NCBI RefSeq assembly: GCF_006345805.1
Contig: NW_021832492.1
Span: forward strand, 1 to 30,699
Reading direction: 5' to 3'
From: Octopus sinensis
Lineage: Eukaryota
Length of the DNA stretch: 30,699 nt
The translations under genes and the position numbers were made by a program. Shown piece after piece: positions 12,254-22,177 of this stretch. The notes under the pieces were generated by a model, which made no database searches, was not told the origin of the DNA, and worked only from the letters and a program-made list of their open reading frames with translations. Each line of letters starts with the position of its first letter. The first letter of the stretch is position 1.

Positions 12254-12294
<41 letters not shown>

Positions 12295-12396
12295 GATATA
12301 CACATATATATATACATATATACATATATATACACACATATATATACATTTATATATATACATACATATATATATATATACATATATATATACATA

Positions 12397-13438
12397 CCAT
12401 TTCATCAGATGCGAGTATCGACAAAGAAATTGACCTCAGACTTTCAAACAAAGCATTTGACAAACTGCATAAGCGTGTATGGAATAATAAGCATCTTAAG
12501 ATCAGCACTAAAGTCAGAATCTACAGGGCCGTCATTCTCGCGACGCTCCTATATTGCTCTGAGTCCTGGGTCCCCTACCGCTGTCATCTCAAGCTCCTTG
12601 AACGTTTTCACCAACGCTGTCTTCCTACCATCTTCAACATCTACTGGAGCGACTACATCACCAGCACTGTAGTCCTCAAGCAGTGAAGGCGCGTAGCTCT
12701 GTGGTTAGAGCGTCGAGCTTACGATCGTGAGGTTGTGAGCTCGAATCCCGGACCGGGCTGCGTGTTGTGTTCTTGAGCAAGACACTTTATTTCACGTTGC
12801 TCCAGTTCACTCAGCTGTAGAAATGAGTTGCGACGTCACAGGTGCCAAGCTGTATCGGCCCTTGCCTTTCCCTTGGACAACACTGGTGGCGTGGAGAGGG
12901 GAGGCCGATATGCATGGGCGACTGCTGGTCTTCCATAAAAAAAAACAACCTTGCCCAGACTTGTGCCTCTAGGTGCAAACCCATGGTCAGTGTCTGACCG
13001 AAGGGGGTCACCAGTCCTCAAGCGAGCAAAGGTCACCAACCAGCCTGGAAAACCATCTTACTTGAGACACAGCTACGTTGGGCAGGACACGCTGACATGA
13101 TGAAAGACCACCGCCTAACGATGACCATCATGTACGGTGAGCTCACCACTGGCCACCGCAATAGGGTGGGGCACCAAAAAAAAGTTACAACGACTGCCTC
13201 TAGCAGTCCCTTAGCGTTTATGACATTGATTATCGTGAGTGACCTACTCTAACAGCTGACCGCGCAGCTTGGCGCCATGCCATCCGTGCCAGAGGCGAGA
13301 AAATAATGCAACTGGACTGTCGTCATTGCAATCGGATATGTCGATCTCACATCGATCTTATCAGCCACAAACGAGCGCGCAGCCGACACGGACAACAGCC
13401 TTCCTAATCCTCGACAGGGAAGCCAAGCCAAGATATAG
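12397..13438 (+). pseudogene. Decayed RTE-clade (BovB-like) LINE, ORF C-terminus and 3' end, split by a SINE
   Basis: Manual translation: [95 protein letters not shown] [SINE] RAK...QLRWAGHADMMKDHRLTMTIMYGEL...DRAAWRHAI...[19 protein letters not shown], with stops and frameshifts. Ends GAAGCCAAGCCAAG. Absent from the ORF track (no start codon). Confidence 0.9.
12682..13012 (+). mobile_element. tRNA/CORE SINE family B with 11-bp TSD
   Basis: A box GTGGTTAGAGC, B-box-like GAGCTCGAATCCC, CORE-like GTGTTCTTGAGCAAGACACTTT. TSD AGTCCTCAAGC at 12671-12681 and 13013-13023; removing the insert restores VLKRAK. Confidence 0.9.
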
Positions 13439-13440
13439 AA

Positions 13441-13513
<73 letters not shown>

Positions 13514-13620
13514 TATATATGCGTACACACATACATATATACATATATATACACACATACACACACACACATATATATATACATACATATATATATATAC
13601 ATATATATATACACACATAT

Positions 13621-13824
13621 CTCTCCTTTACTCGCTTTTACTTGTTTCAGCCATTTGACTGCGGCCATGCTGGAGCAACGCCTTTAGTCAAGCAAATCGA
13701 CCCCAGGACTTATTCTTTGTAAGCCTAGCATCGGTTGTCAAGCGATGTTGGAGGACAAACACAGACACACAGACATAGACACACACACACATACACACAC
13801 ACACACACACAAACACATGCACAC

Positions 13825-13867
<43 letters not shown>

Positions 13868-14032
13868 TATGACTGGCTTCTTTCAGTTTCCGTCTACCAA
13901 ATCCACTCACAAGGCTCTGGTCGGCCCGAGGCTACAGTAGAAGATATTTGCCTAAGGTGCCACACAGTCGGACTGAATCCGGAACCATGTGGTTGGTAAG
14001 CAGGCTACTAACCACACTGCCACTCCTACGCC
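13621..14032 (-). mobile_element. SINE family A copy with internal deletion
   Basis: Colinear with 6177-6624 apart from a deletion after GTAAGCC. Confidence 0.85.
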
Positions 14033-14060
14033 TATATACTCATACACACACACACACAGA

Positions 14061-14094
<34 letters not shown>

Positions 14095-14097
<3 letters not shown>

Positions 14098-14265
14098 TAA
14101 CCGAAGAGATGGTGTTGTGGATTTCCTCTTCGGCATCTGAAACTCAGAGTTTTATCCTGACTATTGAGTAATTGTAACATAGTATTTTATAGATAAATTT
14201 CCTCTATTTACATAATATTGAGGTCTCTTTCTTTCTTTTGTTATCTTACCGTTTTTACCAATATA
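14095..14265 (+). mobile_element. 5'-truncated Penelope-type pseudo-LTR with the 3' half of a hammerhead
   Basis: CCGAAGAG/CTCTTCGG hairpin, then GAAAC TCAGAG T T (stem III ACTC-A-GAGT). The CUGANGA half is missing at a (CA)n junction; the element ends in (TA)n. Confidence 0.5.
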
Positions 14266-14311
14266 TATATATAAATGAAAGAATGGAGTTGAACGACGAT
14301 TTAACAAAATC

Positions 14312-14406
14312 CCTTTATTCTCGACATATGTTTCGAAGGCTGCGTATTCCTAATTTCGAAGGAATAAGGGGTGCATTATGCCGCCTTCTCATCAGGAAAA
14401 ACAAGG
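14312..14406 (-). ncRNA. Type I hammerhead ribozyme with intact core, in a short element spanning about 14276-14480
   Basis: Minus strand: CCTTGTTTTTC CTGATGA GAAGGC [42 nt] GCCTTC GAAAC ATAT GTC GAGAATAAAGG. Stem I is 5 bp + 2x2 loop + 4 bp, stem II is 6 bp, stem III is the palindrome ACATATGT, cleavage triplet GUC. Confidence 0.85.
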
Positions 14407-14740
14407 AACTTATGTCCGCATCAAGGTGAACAAAAACTGAATTATCCATACTTATATAATTCATTCAACTACTTAAATATATATATATACATATATGTAT
14501 GTATGTATGTATTATGTATGTATGTATGTATGTATGTATGTATGTATTATGGTTCTTTTAAGTCAGGCATGGCCTGGACCAATCTTTGACCAAGGCATAT
14601 CAGAATTATCTAAGATATATGTAAAACTGAATCTTTCAGAAGCTTTTAGTTGGATATTAGTGATATCCAAGAGAAACCATAGAGATAAATCTTCATCTCG
14701 ACCTTGTGGATCTTAGTGAATGTGAAAAAGGAGTATAGAT

Positions 14741-14800
<60 letters not shown>

Positions 14801-14929
14801 GTCTGTGTGTCTGTGTGTCTGTGTGTGTGCGTGCGTGTGTGATTGAGATAGACTGAAAGACCAACAGAACTACGACATGTGATCATCTCCCACTTCACTC
14901 CCGTGACAGCCGTGTACAATAATAAATAT

Positions 14930-14938
14930 CATAATCAC

Positions 14939-14972
<34 letters not shown>

Positions 14973-15050
14973 GTTGTAGTCGTCATCATCATCACCATCA
15001 TCAATATCATCATCGTCACCGTCGTAAATCATCATCATCGTCTTTGTTAT
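14930..15050. repeat. (CAT)n microsatellite
   Basis: Direct inspection; source of the poly-His and poly-Asp ORFs. Confidence 0.95.
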
Positions 15051-15209
15051 CGTTGTCTCATCGCCGATAACCACTTCTATCTTCGGATGGAGGGCACTCG
15101 ACAAAGGAAGGCAGGTATGTTGTGCACCTGACATTAACCAGTTCCCCTTTTCGTCGCTTCTTTTCCATTCGTGTGTGAGATAGCAATTATATGATCTTGA
15201 TCTCATATA

Positions 15210-15313
15210 TCTTTCCCTCTTTCTTTCCTTCTTTCTTTCTATCTATCTCTGTGTTGTTCTTTCCCTTTCCCTCTCTCTCTCTCTCTCTCTCTCTATCCAG
15301 CTAAATTTCTCTG

Positions 15314-15356
<43 letters not shown>

Positions 15357-15725
15357 TGTTCATGCTCTCTGGCTCTCTCCCTCTCTCGTCTGTTATCTCT
15401 CTCGTCCGTTCACCCCTACTCTCTCTTTCTTTCAGTCCCTTTCCCCATTTTCTTTTTCTCCAACTCATGCTCTTTGGATCTCTCCCTCTCTCATGCTATC
15501 TGGCTCTCTCTCTCTCCCTCTCTCTCCTGCCCACTCTCTCTCTCTCTTTCCTGCCCATTCTCTCTCTCTCCCTCTCTCTCCCTCTCTCTGCCGCTCATGC
15601 TATCTGGCTCTCTCCTGCCCACACATTCTCTCTCTCTCTGTCTATTTCTCTCTCCCGTTCACTCTCTCTCTCTTTCTGTCCCTCTCTGTCCATCTCCCCA
15701 CTCCCATTCTCTCTCTCTCTCTCAG
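15210..15725. repeat. Degenerate (CT)n tract with recurring CTCATGCT(A/C)TCTGGCTCTCT units
   Basis: Direct inspection. Confidence 0.85.
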
Positions 15726-16004
15726 TCCCCTCCACCAACACCACCATCACAAACCATCACACACCACAAACACACAAACACACGCACGGGCTGTAGCTGA
15801 GGAGATTATGCAAACTCAGCCTATCAGTTTCAGATATTGTCAAAGTGATTTGTCATCTCCAGTATTGATGAGTTTGCAAAAAGGTTTTAAAGAAACAAAA
15901 GGGCGACGTGAAGAAGAAAGAAAGACAGAGGATAATTCAACTAAAATGGGCGAAGTCATGAAGCGTTGTTAAACTTCGTTTTATATTATAATTTTTTTAA
16001 TCTT

Positions 16005-16210
16005 TTTATCATTTACTTGTTTTAGTTATTGGAACGTGGCCATGATGGGGCCACTGCCCATGAAAGGTTTTTAGACGAACAGATCGATCGTAGCAAATCT
16101 CTAACTTATTTTATCGGTCCGTTTTTGCCAAACAGCAACGTAAGCAAGTCGTAACCGGTTGTAAAGTGGTGGAAGGGTGAACGCAAATGTGAATGAGCAC
16201 ACAGACTTAC
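16005..16210 (-). mobile_element. Decayed 3' half of a family A-like SINE
   Basis: TTTACTTGTTTTAGTTATTGGAACGTGGCCATGATGG resembles the reverse-complemented family A tail. Confidence 0.55.
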
Positions 16211-16366
16211 AGACACAGAAATACACACGTATATAATTATATATAGAGAGAGGGGGAGAGTGGGAGAGAGTGGGAGAGAGTGGGAGATAGAGAGAGCGAG
16301 AAAGGGAAAGAGATAGAGGGGAAGAAAGAGAGAAAGAAGAAGAAACAGAGAGCGAGTGAGAGAGAC

Positions 16367-16415
<49 letters not shown>

Positions 16416-16423
16416 CAATGTCA

Positions 16424-16795
16424 TATCGCCTGAAGAAATGGACGCATGGAAAAAGACCCACCTGATGTCCATAGATATTACAGAAGGGAAGGCGGCGAGC
16501 TGGCAGAAACGTTAGCACACCGGGCGAAATGCTTATGGGTATTTCTTCTATCGTTACATTTTGAGTTCAAATTCCGCCGAGGTCGACTTTGCCTTTCATC
16601 CTTTCGAGGTCGATAAATTAAGTACCAGTTACGCACTGGGGTTGATGTAATCGACTTAATCCGTTTGTCTGTCCTTGTTTGCCCCCCTCTATGTTTAGCC
16701 CCTTGTGGGCAATAAAGAAATAAGATATTACAGATGGTATTGTAATCACTATGGTCACAAAAAGCATGTAATTTGTGGAAACGCGTGTAGCGATA
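16424..16795 (+). ncRNA. Hammerhead-like motif with long domain II, interrupted by a SINE
   Basis: TATCGC CTGAAGA (16424-16436)...GAAAC GCGT GTA GCGATA (16778-16795); stem I TATCGC/GCGATA is a perfect 6 bp. No clear basal stem II pair. Confidence 0.55.
16485..16722 (+). mobile_element. tRNA-derived SINE family D with 12-bp TSD
   Basis: AAGGCGGCGAGCTGGCAGAA head, GAGTTCAAATTCC B box, GCCTTTCATCCTTTCGAGGTCGATAAA central domain. TSD AGATATTACAGA at 16473-16484 and 16723-16734. Confidence 0.9.
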
Positions 16796-16893
16796 CTTTA
16801 AAGTATTTATATATTCCATCCATGGATTATAATTATTATTACCTTACCTTATATATATACGCACACAAATAAATATATATATATACTTACAGA

Positions 16894-17218
16894 CATATAA
16901 ATACAGTGTACATTTAAATACAAAAGAGGTATCCATCATAGGACTACCTGCACGCTAGAGAGAACAGTTAAATTCCAAACCACCATTAGGGATAAAAGGT
17001 GTACCTGCTGAAGAGGGCTTCGCCTAGCAAATTATATAATTTGCTAAAAAAAAGTCTGAAACCATTGGCCCAGGAGTTAGATGGCAAATGTTTTTATTTT
17101 TCGTTCCATTCGAAATTTTTCCCTAATAGTGGTTTGGAATTTAACTGCTCTCTCTAGCGTGCAGGTAGTCCTATGATGAATATCTCTTTTATGTTTAAAT
17201 ATACACTGTATTTATATG
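16894..17218. mobile_element. 99-bp inverted repeat (16894-16992 / 17120-17218) enclosing a hammerhead; likely Penelope-type pseudo-LTR with an inverted 3' end
   Basis: 92/99 identity by manual alignment, all differences transitions; the 127-nt spacer holds the motif at 17004-17074. Confidence 0.8.
17004..17074 (+). ncRNA. Near-canonical type I hammerhead, probably inactivated
   Basis: CCTG CTGAAGA GGGCTT...TAGCAAATTA-TA-TAATTTGCTA...AAGTCT GAAAC CATTG GCC CAGG. The triplet is GCC rather than GUC and the first stem II pair is G.U. Confidence 0.7.
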
Positions 17219-17521
17219 AATAATATATAGTCTGTTGACTAAATTCTTTACACGCTAGGTTACTGGTAATGGAAATTTCTAATATTTCTGATTATCCTTT
17301 GATATTATTACTTACTGACATATATATATATATATATACACAACGCATACATGCACACACATATATATGTATACACTTACACAACACACACATACGGACA
17401 TACATACATATATGTATGCACACACATACAACACAAACGTGCACACAAGCATACATACATATATACATACATACATACATACATACATACATGCATGCAT
17501 ACATACATACATGTATTAGGG

Positions 17522-17785
17522 CGTAAAGACGGACGAAATGCCGCTAAGCATTTTGTCCGGCGTGCTACGCACACTTCGATTAAGTAGATAACGGTTTCAA
17601 ATTTTGGCACAGGGCCAGCAATTTTAGGGAAAAACGTTAGTCGATTACATCGTCATTAGTTTGTGATTAGTACATTATTTTATCGAACTTGGTAGGATGA
17701 AATGCTAAGTCGAACTTGGCAGTATTTGAACTCAGCACGTTAAGCCGGAAGAAATCCCGCTAAGTATTTCGTCCGGCATGCTACA
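17522..17785 (-). mobile_element. Decayed SINE family D fragments
   Basis: Two GAAAT(G/C)CCGCTAAG(C/T)ATTT segments plus a degenerate central domain on the minus strand. Confidence 0.65.
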
Positions 17786-18349
17786 TATAGTATGAAGTAG
17801 TTCCAGATATACAAAAAAATGCTGGGATGGTTACGGCTGGATCGCCTCTGATGCAGGGTCTATACAGAGTTGAGCTGAAGTAAAACAGTAACAACAACAA
17901 CAACAGCAGCAGCAACAACCGCAACGACAATAAAGGAAGAGTCGAGTTGAAATCGCACTTATACAACAATGGCTCTACTATAGTTTCTCGTCAAATATAG
18001 ATTTCTAACAGATCTCTGTTTTCTCCTCGCCCCGAGTGGATTAGGTATATAATGAAAAATAGATATTTTAAATAGACAATACCCTCCAAATACTCATTCA
18101 TATTACTTTGCAGACAGACACTCAGAATATACAACTTGCCTTTATTTTCTCTTCAAAAACGCTTCAATAAAAGTTTTTAAAATATCATGTTTAACGATAA
18201 ACAACTTCACAACAACCGGAAATATATTAAAATATATTTAAGTTGGTTCTGAGTGTTAATTATAATGAATTCTATTACGAATATTATTTATTTTACCAAG
18301 TAATAATATACTCATGAAATTCGTGGAAATTTCAATATTTTTGAAACGC

Positions 18350-18617
18350 AAAGCGGAGAGTAGATCGTATCGTTAGCACGCCTGGTAAATTGTATAGCGG
18401 CATTTCGTCTGTTTTTATGTTCTGAGTTCGAATTCCGCCGAAGTCAACTTTGCCTTTCATCCTTTCGGGGTCGATAAATTAAGTACCAGTTACGCACTAA
18501 ATCCGTTTGTCTATCCTTGTTTGTCCTCTCTGTGTTTAGCCCCTTGTGGGTAGTAAAGAAATAGGTATTTCGTCTGCCGCTACGTTCTGAGTTCAAATTC
18601 CGCCGAGGTCGACTTTG
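18350..18617 (+). mobile_element. SINE family D monomer plus the start of a second monomer
   Basis: Tail AAAGAAATAG runs directly into GTATTTCGTCTGCCGCTACGTTCTGAGTTCAAATTCC. Confidence 0.85.
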
Positions 18618-19319
18618 TGGAACTTCTTTCCACTCTTCTTTGTCCGAGTCAGACTCAGCGAAGGGGTAACTCTGTTGGGTCGGTGCCTGTTGGTGCTCTC
18701 TTTGAGGTTGTTTTACTGTTGCTTTTTTCTTTTGCTGTTGTTGTTTCTGCTGTACTTTTTGTTGTTGTAATCTCTGCTGTGTTTTCCGCAGCCAGTCTTG
18801 TTGCTGTGTTTGCTATTCCTTCCATTGGTGATGATGATGATGTTGTTGTTTTCTCTGATCTTATTTTTGCTGTATCTTCTATACTTAGTGTTGCGGTTGT
18901 TGTTTTGGGTGGAGGTGATGTGGCTTCTACTGTAGTTTACTTCTGCTGCTGCCTTCTTCTTCTTCTTCTTCATCTTCTTCTTCTTTTTCTTCTTCTCCTT
19001 CTCCTCCTCCTTCTTCTTCTTTTTCTTCTTCCAATCAGGACTCACGCCATTAGCCACAAAGAATAATCTCTAATTCGATCCTACTCTAAGCTACTACGAA
19101 TGCGTGCGGCAACTTGAAGATCCACCCACCACACGCGATAGACTGGCGGTTAGACGGGTGCGAAAGCTACGTTGTTATCCTCATTCCGTAAACGGTGGCT
19201 TTTAACGGGTGGAGAGCTGAACCATCCTGGGGTACAGAGGATTCGCAATCTAGATTAGGGTCTGAAAGTTTACCACACCACAGTGGGTTACACCAGGGTT
19301 CCTCTGCTTTGTGGCAGAA

Positions 19320-19503
19320 GTAGGAAGAAAGAGTGAAAATTGTGGTGAAAGAGTACAGCAGGGTTCACCACCACCCCTCCGCCGGAGTCTCGTGAAGCTT
19401 AGGTGTTTCTGCTCAATAAACACTCACAATGCCCGGTCTGGGAATCGAAGCCGCGTTCTTACGACCGCGAGTCCGCTGCCCTAGTCACTGGGCCATTGCG
19501 CCG
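19320..19503 (-). mobile_element. tRNA-derived SINE family F (5' part)
   Basis: Minus strand GGCGCAATGGCCCAGTGACTAGGGCAGCGG...GGCTTCGATTCCCAGACCGGGC followed by TGTTTATTGAGCAGAAACAC. Confidence 0.7.
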
Positions 19504-19842
19504 CCAATGCTGTTGTTGGTAGGAAGAGGGGGAAAGATTCTTTCGTACTGCCTAAGTTGAAGTGGAGGGGGTGTTGCTTTCTCCATGGCTGGAGGCCATG
19601 TTTGTGCTAAGAGTAAGTAATCGTGTGTTATACACGATTGAATACAAGATAGAAATTCACCCCCAAAATGACGAATTTGTACGGTCAAAGAAAACTCCCC
19701 CCGCCAAGCGGATTTAGTTTTTGAAGACTGAAAAGGTGCAAACTAAAATTTTCACAAGGTTTGTGAAACAAAAAAAAACATAATTCACGGGTGCAAATAA
19801 ACACGTCCGTTCGGCAATGAAGGGAGATCTCAATATATATGA

Positions 19843-19874
<32 letters not shown>

Positions 19875-19884
<10 letters not shown>

Positions 19885-20082
19885 TTGTGTCTGTGTTTGA
19901 CTAGTGCTGGTGTGCTTACATCCACATAACTTAGTGGTTCGGCAAAAGACACCGATAGAGTAAGTACGGTGCTTTAAAACAAAGAATAAATACTGGTATC
20001 GATACATTCGACTAAAAATCCAAGGCAGTGCTCCAGCATGACGCAGTCAAATACCTAAAACAAGTAAAGGATAAAAGTAAAA
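19875..20082 (+). mobile_element. 3' half of SINE family A
   Basis: TTAGTGGTTCGGCAAAAGACACCGATAG...GTGCTCCAGCATG...AAACAAGTAAAGG. Confidence 0.8.
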
Positions 20083-20237
20083 AATATATATACATATAAT
20101 TAAATATTCTTAGGAATTGTATACAAAACTTGTTAAGATATTTTGTGTATTGAAATTTTATTGCACATAAACTTTAACAGCAAAATCCTATATGGGCCCT
20201 TCAAGGGCCATAAGGACCCCAGTTGAGAACCACTGCA

Positions 20238-20355
20238 CGTGAGCAACGTGAAATAAAGTGTTTTGCTTAGGAACACTATGCACCGCCCGGTACGGGAATC
20301 GAAACCACTATCTTGCGACAGTGAATGCAACACCTTAACCACTATGCTACGCACT
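20238..20355 (-). mobile_element. tRNA/CORE SINE head
   Basis: Minus strand GTGGTTAAGGTGTTG...GGTTTCGATTCCCGTACCGGGC...GTTCCTAAGCAAAACACTTTATTTCACGTTGCTC. Confidence 0.7.
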
Positions 20356-20484
20356 TTAACGACTAGCGGTTAGAGCAGGGGTCGCCAAACTTTTTCGACC
20401 ATCGACCCCCTTTAGCAAATTTTCTTTCTGCATCGATCACCTTCTTCATTCAAAATACCTTAATACCTTACGCTACCGGAGCAT

Positions 20485-20836
20485 AGTGAAGGCGCATGAC
20501 TCAGTGGTTAGAGCGTCGAGCTTACGATCGTGAGGTTGTGAGTTCGATTTCCGGACCGAGTAGCGTGCTGTGTTCTTGAGTAAGACACTTTATTTCACGT
20601 CGCTCCGGTTCACTCATCTGTAGAAATGAGTTGCGACGTCACTTGTGCCAAGCTGTATCAGCCGTTGCCTTTCCCTTGGAAAACATTGGTGGCCTGGAGA
20701 GGAGAGGCTGGTATGCATGGGTGTTCTACTAGTCTCCTATAAACAAACTTACCCGGACTTGTGCCTCAGGGGGGAACTTTCTAGGTGCAATCCCATGGTC
20801 ATTTATGACCGAAGTGGGTATTTACCCTTTACCCTT
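20485..20836 (+). mobile_element. SINE family B nested in the hAT element
   Basis: Colinear with 12682-13012; tail TTTACCCTTTACCC. Confidence 0.88.
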
Positions 20837-21074
20837 ACCGAACCTTATCTTAAATGCGTACCGGGTACTGATGCTAGCAATTAAAATGTTAGCTAAAACA
20901 TACATGTACGACAAATTAAGGAATTCTATTGAAGATGATTCACTTTTTACATTTAAAATTACGTGTATCAGTACACAGTATTAAACTTGCAATTTTTACG
21001 AAATTGTTTTCACGGTTAGAAAATGTCAAAACTGCATCATATTGCCGGAACATCTTTTGTTGAAATTGACAACA

Positions 21075-21185
21075 TCATCGTGTGGGATGAACATGATGAT
21101 GATCCTGAATCATGGCATTGATATCAGGCTGAATGTTTGACAGTTTCAGTCTCAAATCACCTCGTTCCTCCAGGTTCAGGCAATT
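21075..21185 (-). pseudogene. hAT/Buster transposase C-terminal remnant
   Basis: NCLNLEERGDLRLKLSNIQPDINAMIQDHHHVHPTR* matches the recalled RL.I.ERGDLRL.L....PDI...H..HPSH* terminus of Charlie/Buster transposases. Confidence 0.8.
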
Positions 21186-21651
21186 TCAATAAGCAAACAC
21201 TTGACAGTCCGCATTCCCTCAATCACACCTTTCAGTCTTCGATTACGATACAGATTACGACATCAGGCTTCGAACGTTAGCAACAACAGACTTCTCGCTG
21301 CAGTGAAAATTTAATATTTTTTCCCACGTTTCATGGCGCTGACTATATAATTCAAACGGTTCATCTGGGTGAACTGGTCTTTCACAGCCCGACAACCATT
21401 CGACCTCTTGGCTATCCTCGACGACCTGTAATTGCTCACCGACCCCTAGGGAGTCCGTCAGACCTCCTTTGGCGACCCCTGGGTTAGAGCTTATCAGCAA
21501 ATATGAATTCCATTCAGAAATATACTCCCTCAAATTAATGGTACATACTAAGCATATTTTGGTTGTCTTCCTGTAGGGAATATGTTTAAATTTTGAAAAG
21601 AAGGGAAAGAAGTTTCGAGGATCTTTGGTTATTAATATCTGACGGGTATCT

Positions 21652-21910
21652 AAGGACGGCGAGCTGGCATAGAAGGGTGGCTAACTGGCATAGAAGGGTG
21701 GCGAGCTGGCAGAATTGTTAGCACGCTGCGCAAAATAATTAACGGCATTTCGTCCGTCTCTACGCTCTGAGTTCAAATTCCGACGAGGTCGACTTTGTTT
21801 TCCTTCTTTTAGGAGTCTATAAATAAGCACCAGCTGAGCGCTGGGGTCGACTTAATCGACTTGGCCAATCCCCTAAAACTGCTGGCCTTGTGCCTATTAT
21901 GCAAAGTAAT
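21652..21910 (+). mobile_element. SINE family D variant with a 21-bp tandem duplication at the 5' end
   Basis: Units 21661-21681 and 21682-21702 (..CTGGCATAGAAGGGTGGC) precede GAGCTGGCAGAA; tail GGCCTTGTGCCTATTATG. Confidence 0.75.
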
Positions 21911-21989
21911 ATCTAGCTGGTAACTAATACGCTCTTTGGACGTATTTGTCCTGACTCTTCGCGTTCTGGGTTCAAATCCCAAAGAGACC

Positions 21990-22078
21990 GACATCTACAG
22001 TCTCTCTCTCTCTCTCTCAGTCTTACTCTGTCTCTCTCCGTCTCTGTCTGTCTGTCTCTGTCTCTCTCTCTGTCTCTC

Positions 22079-22177
<99 letters not shown>

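Larger units (their letters stand above)
20376..21481 (-). mobile_element. hAT (Charlie/Buster-type) deletion derivative
   Basis: Perfect 14-bp TIRs CAGGGGTCGCCAAA. 8-bp TSD GGTTAGAG (20368-20375, 21482-21489) with central TA. Transposase C-terminal remnant inside. Confidence 0.92.

Noticed and set aside
12409-12672. 87-aa [11 protein letters not shown]...
   Set aside because: Wrong frame; the adjacent + frame encodes the RTE protein.
14632-14692. 8-bp hairpin TTGGATAT/ATATCCAA followed by GAAAC, hammerhead-like at first sight
   Set aside because: Upstream core reads CAGAAGC and no valid stem III or NUH triplet can be drawn.
15060-15120. Strong donor-like CAG|GTATGT at about 15111-15119
   Set aside because: No plausible upstream acceptor outside the (CAT)n repeat.
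18617-19066. 149-aa hydrophobic ORF resembling a membrane protein, and the antisense poly-Lys ORF
   Set aside because: Products of (CTT)n and GTT/GCT-rich low-complexity sequence; hydrophobicity is compositional.
19430-19503. tRNA-like sequence, and similar heads at 6560-6624 and 12684-12760
   Set aside because: They continue directly into SINE bodies and lack a complete cloverleaf; they are SINE heads, not tRNA genes.
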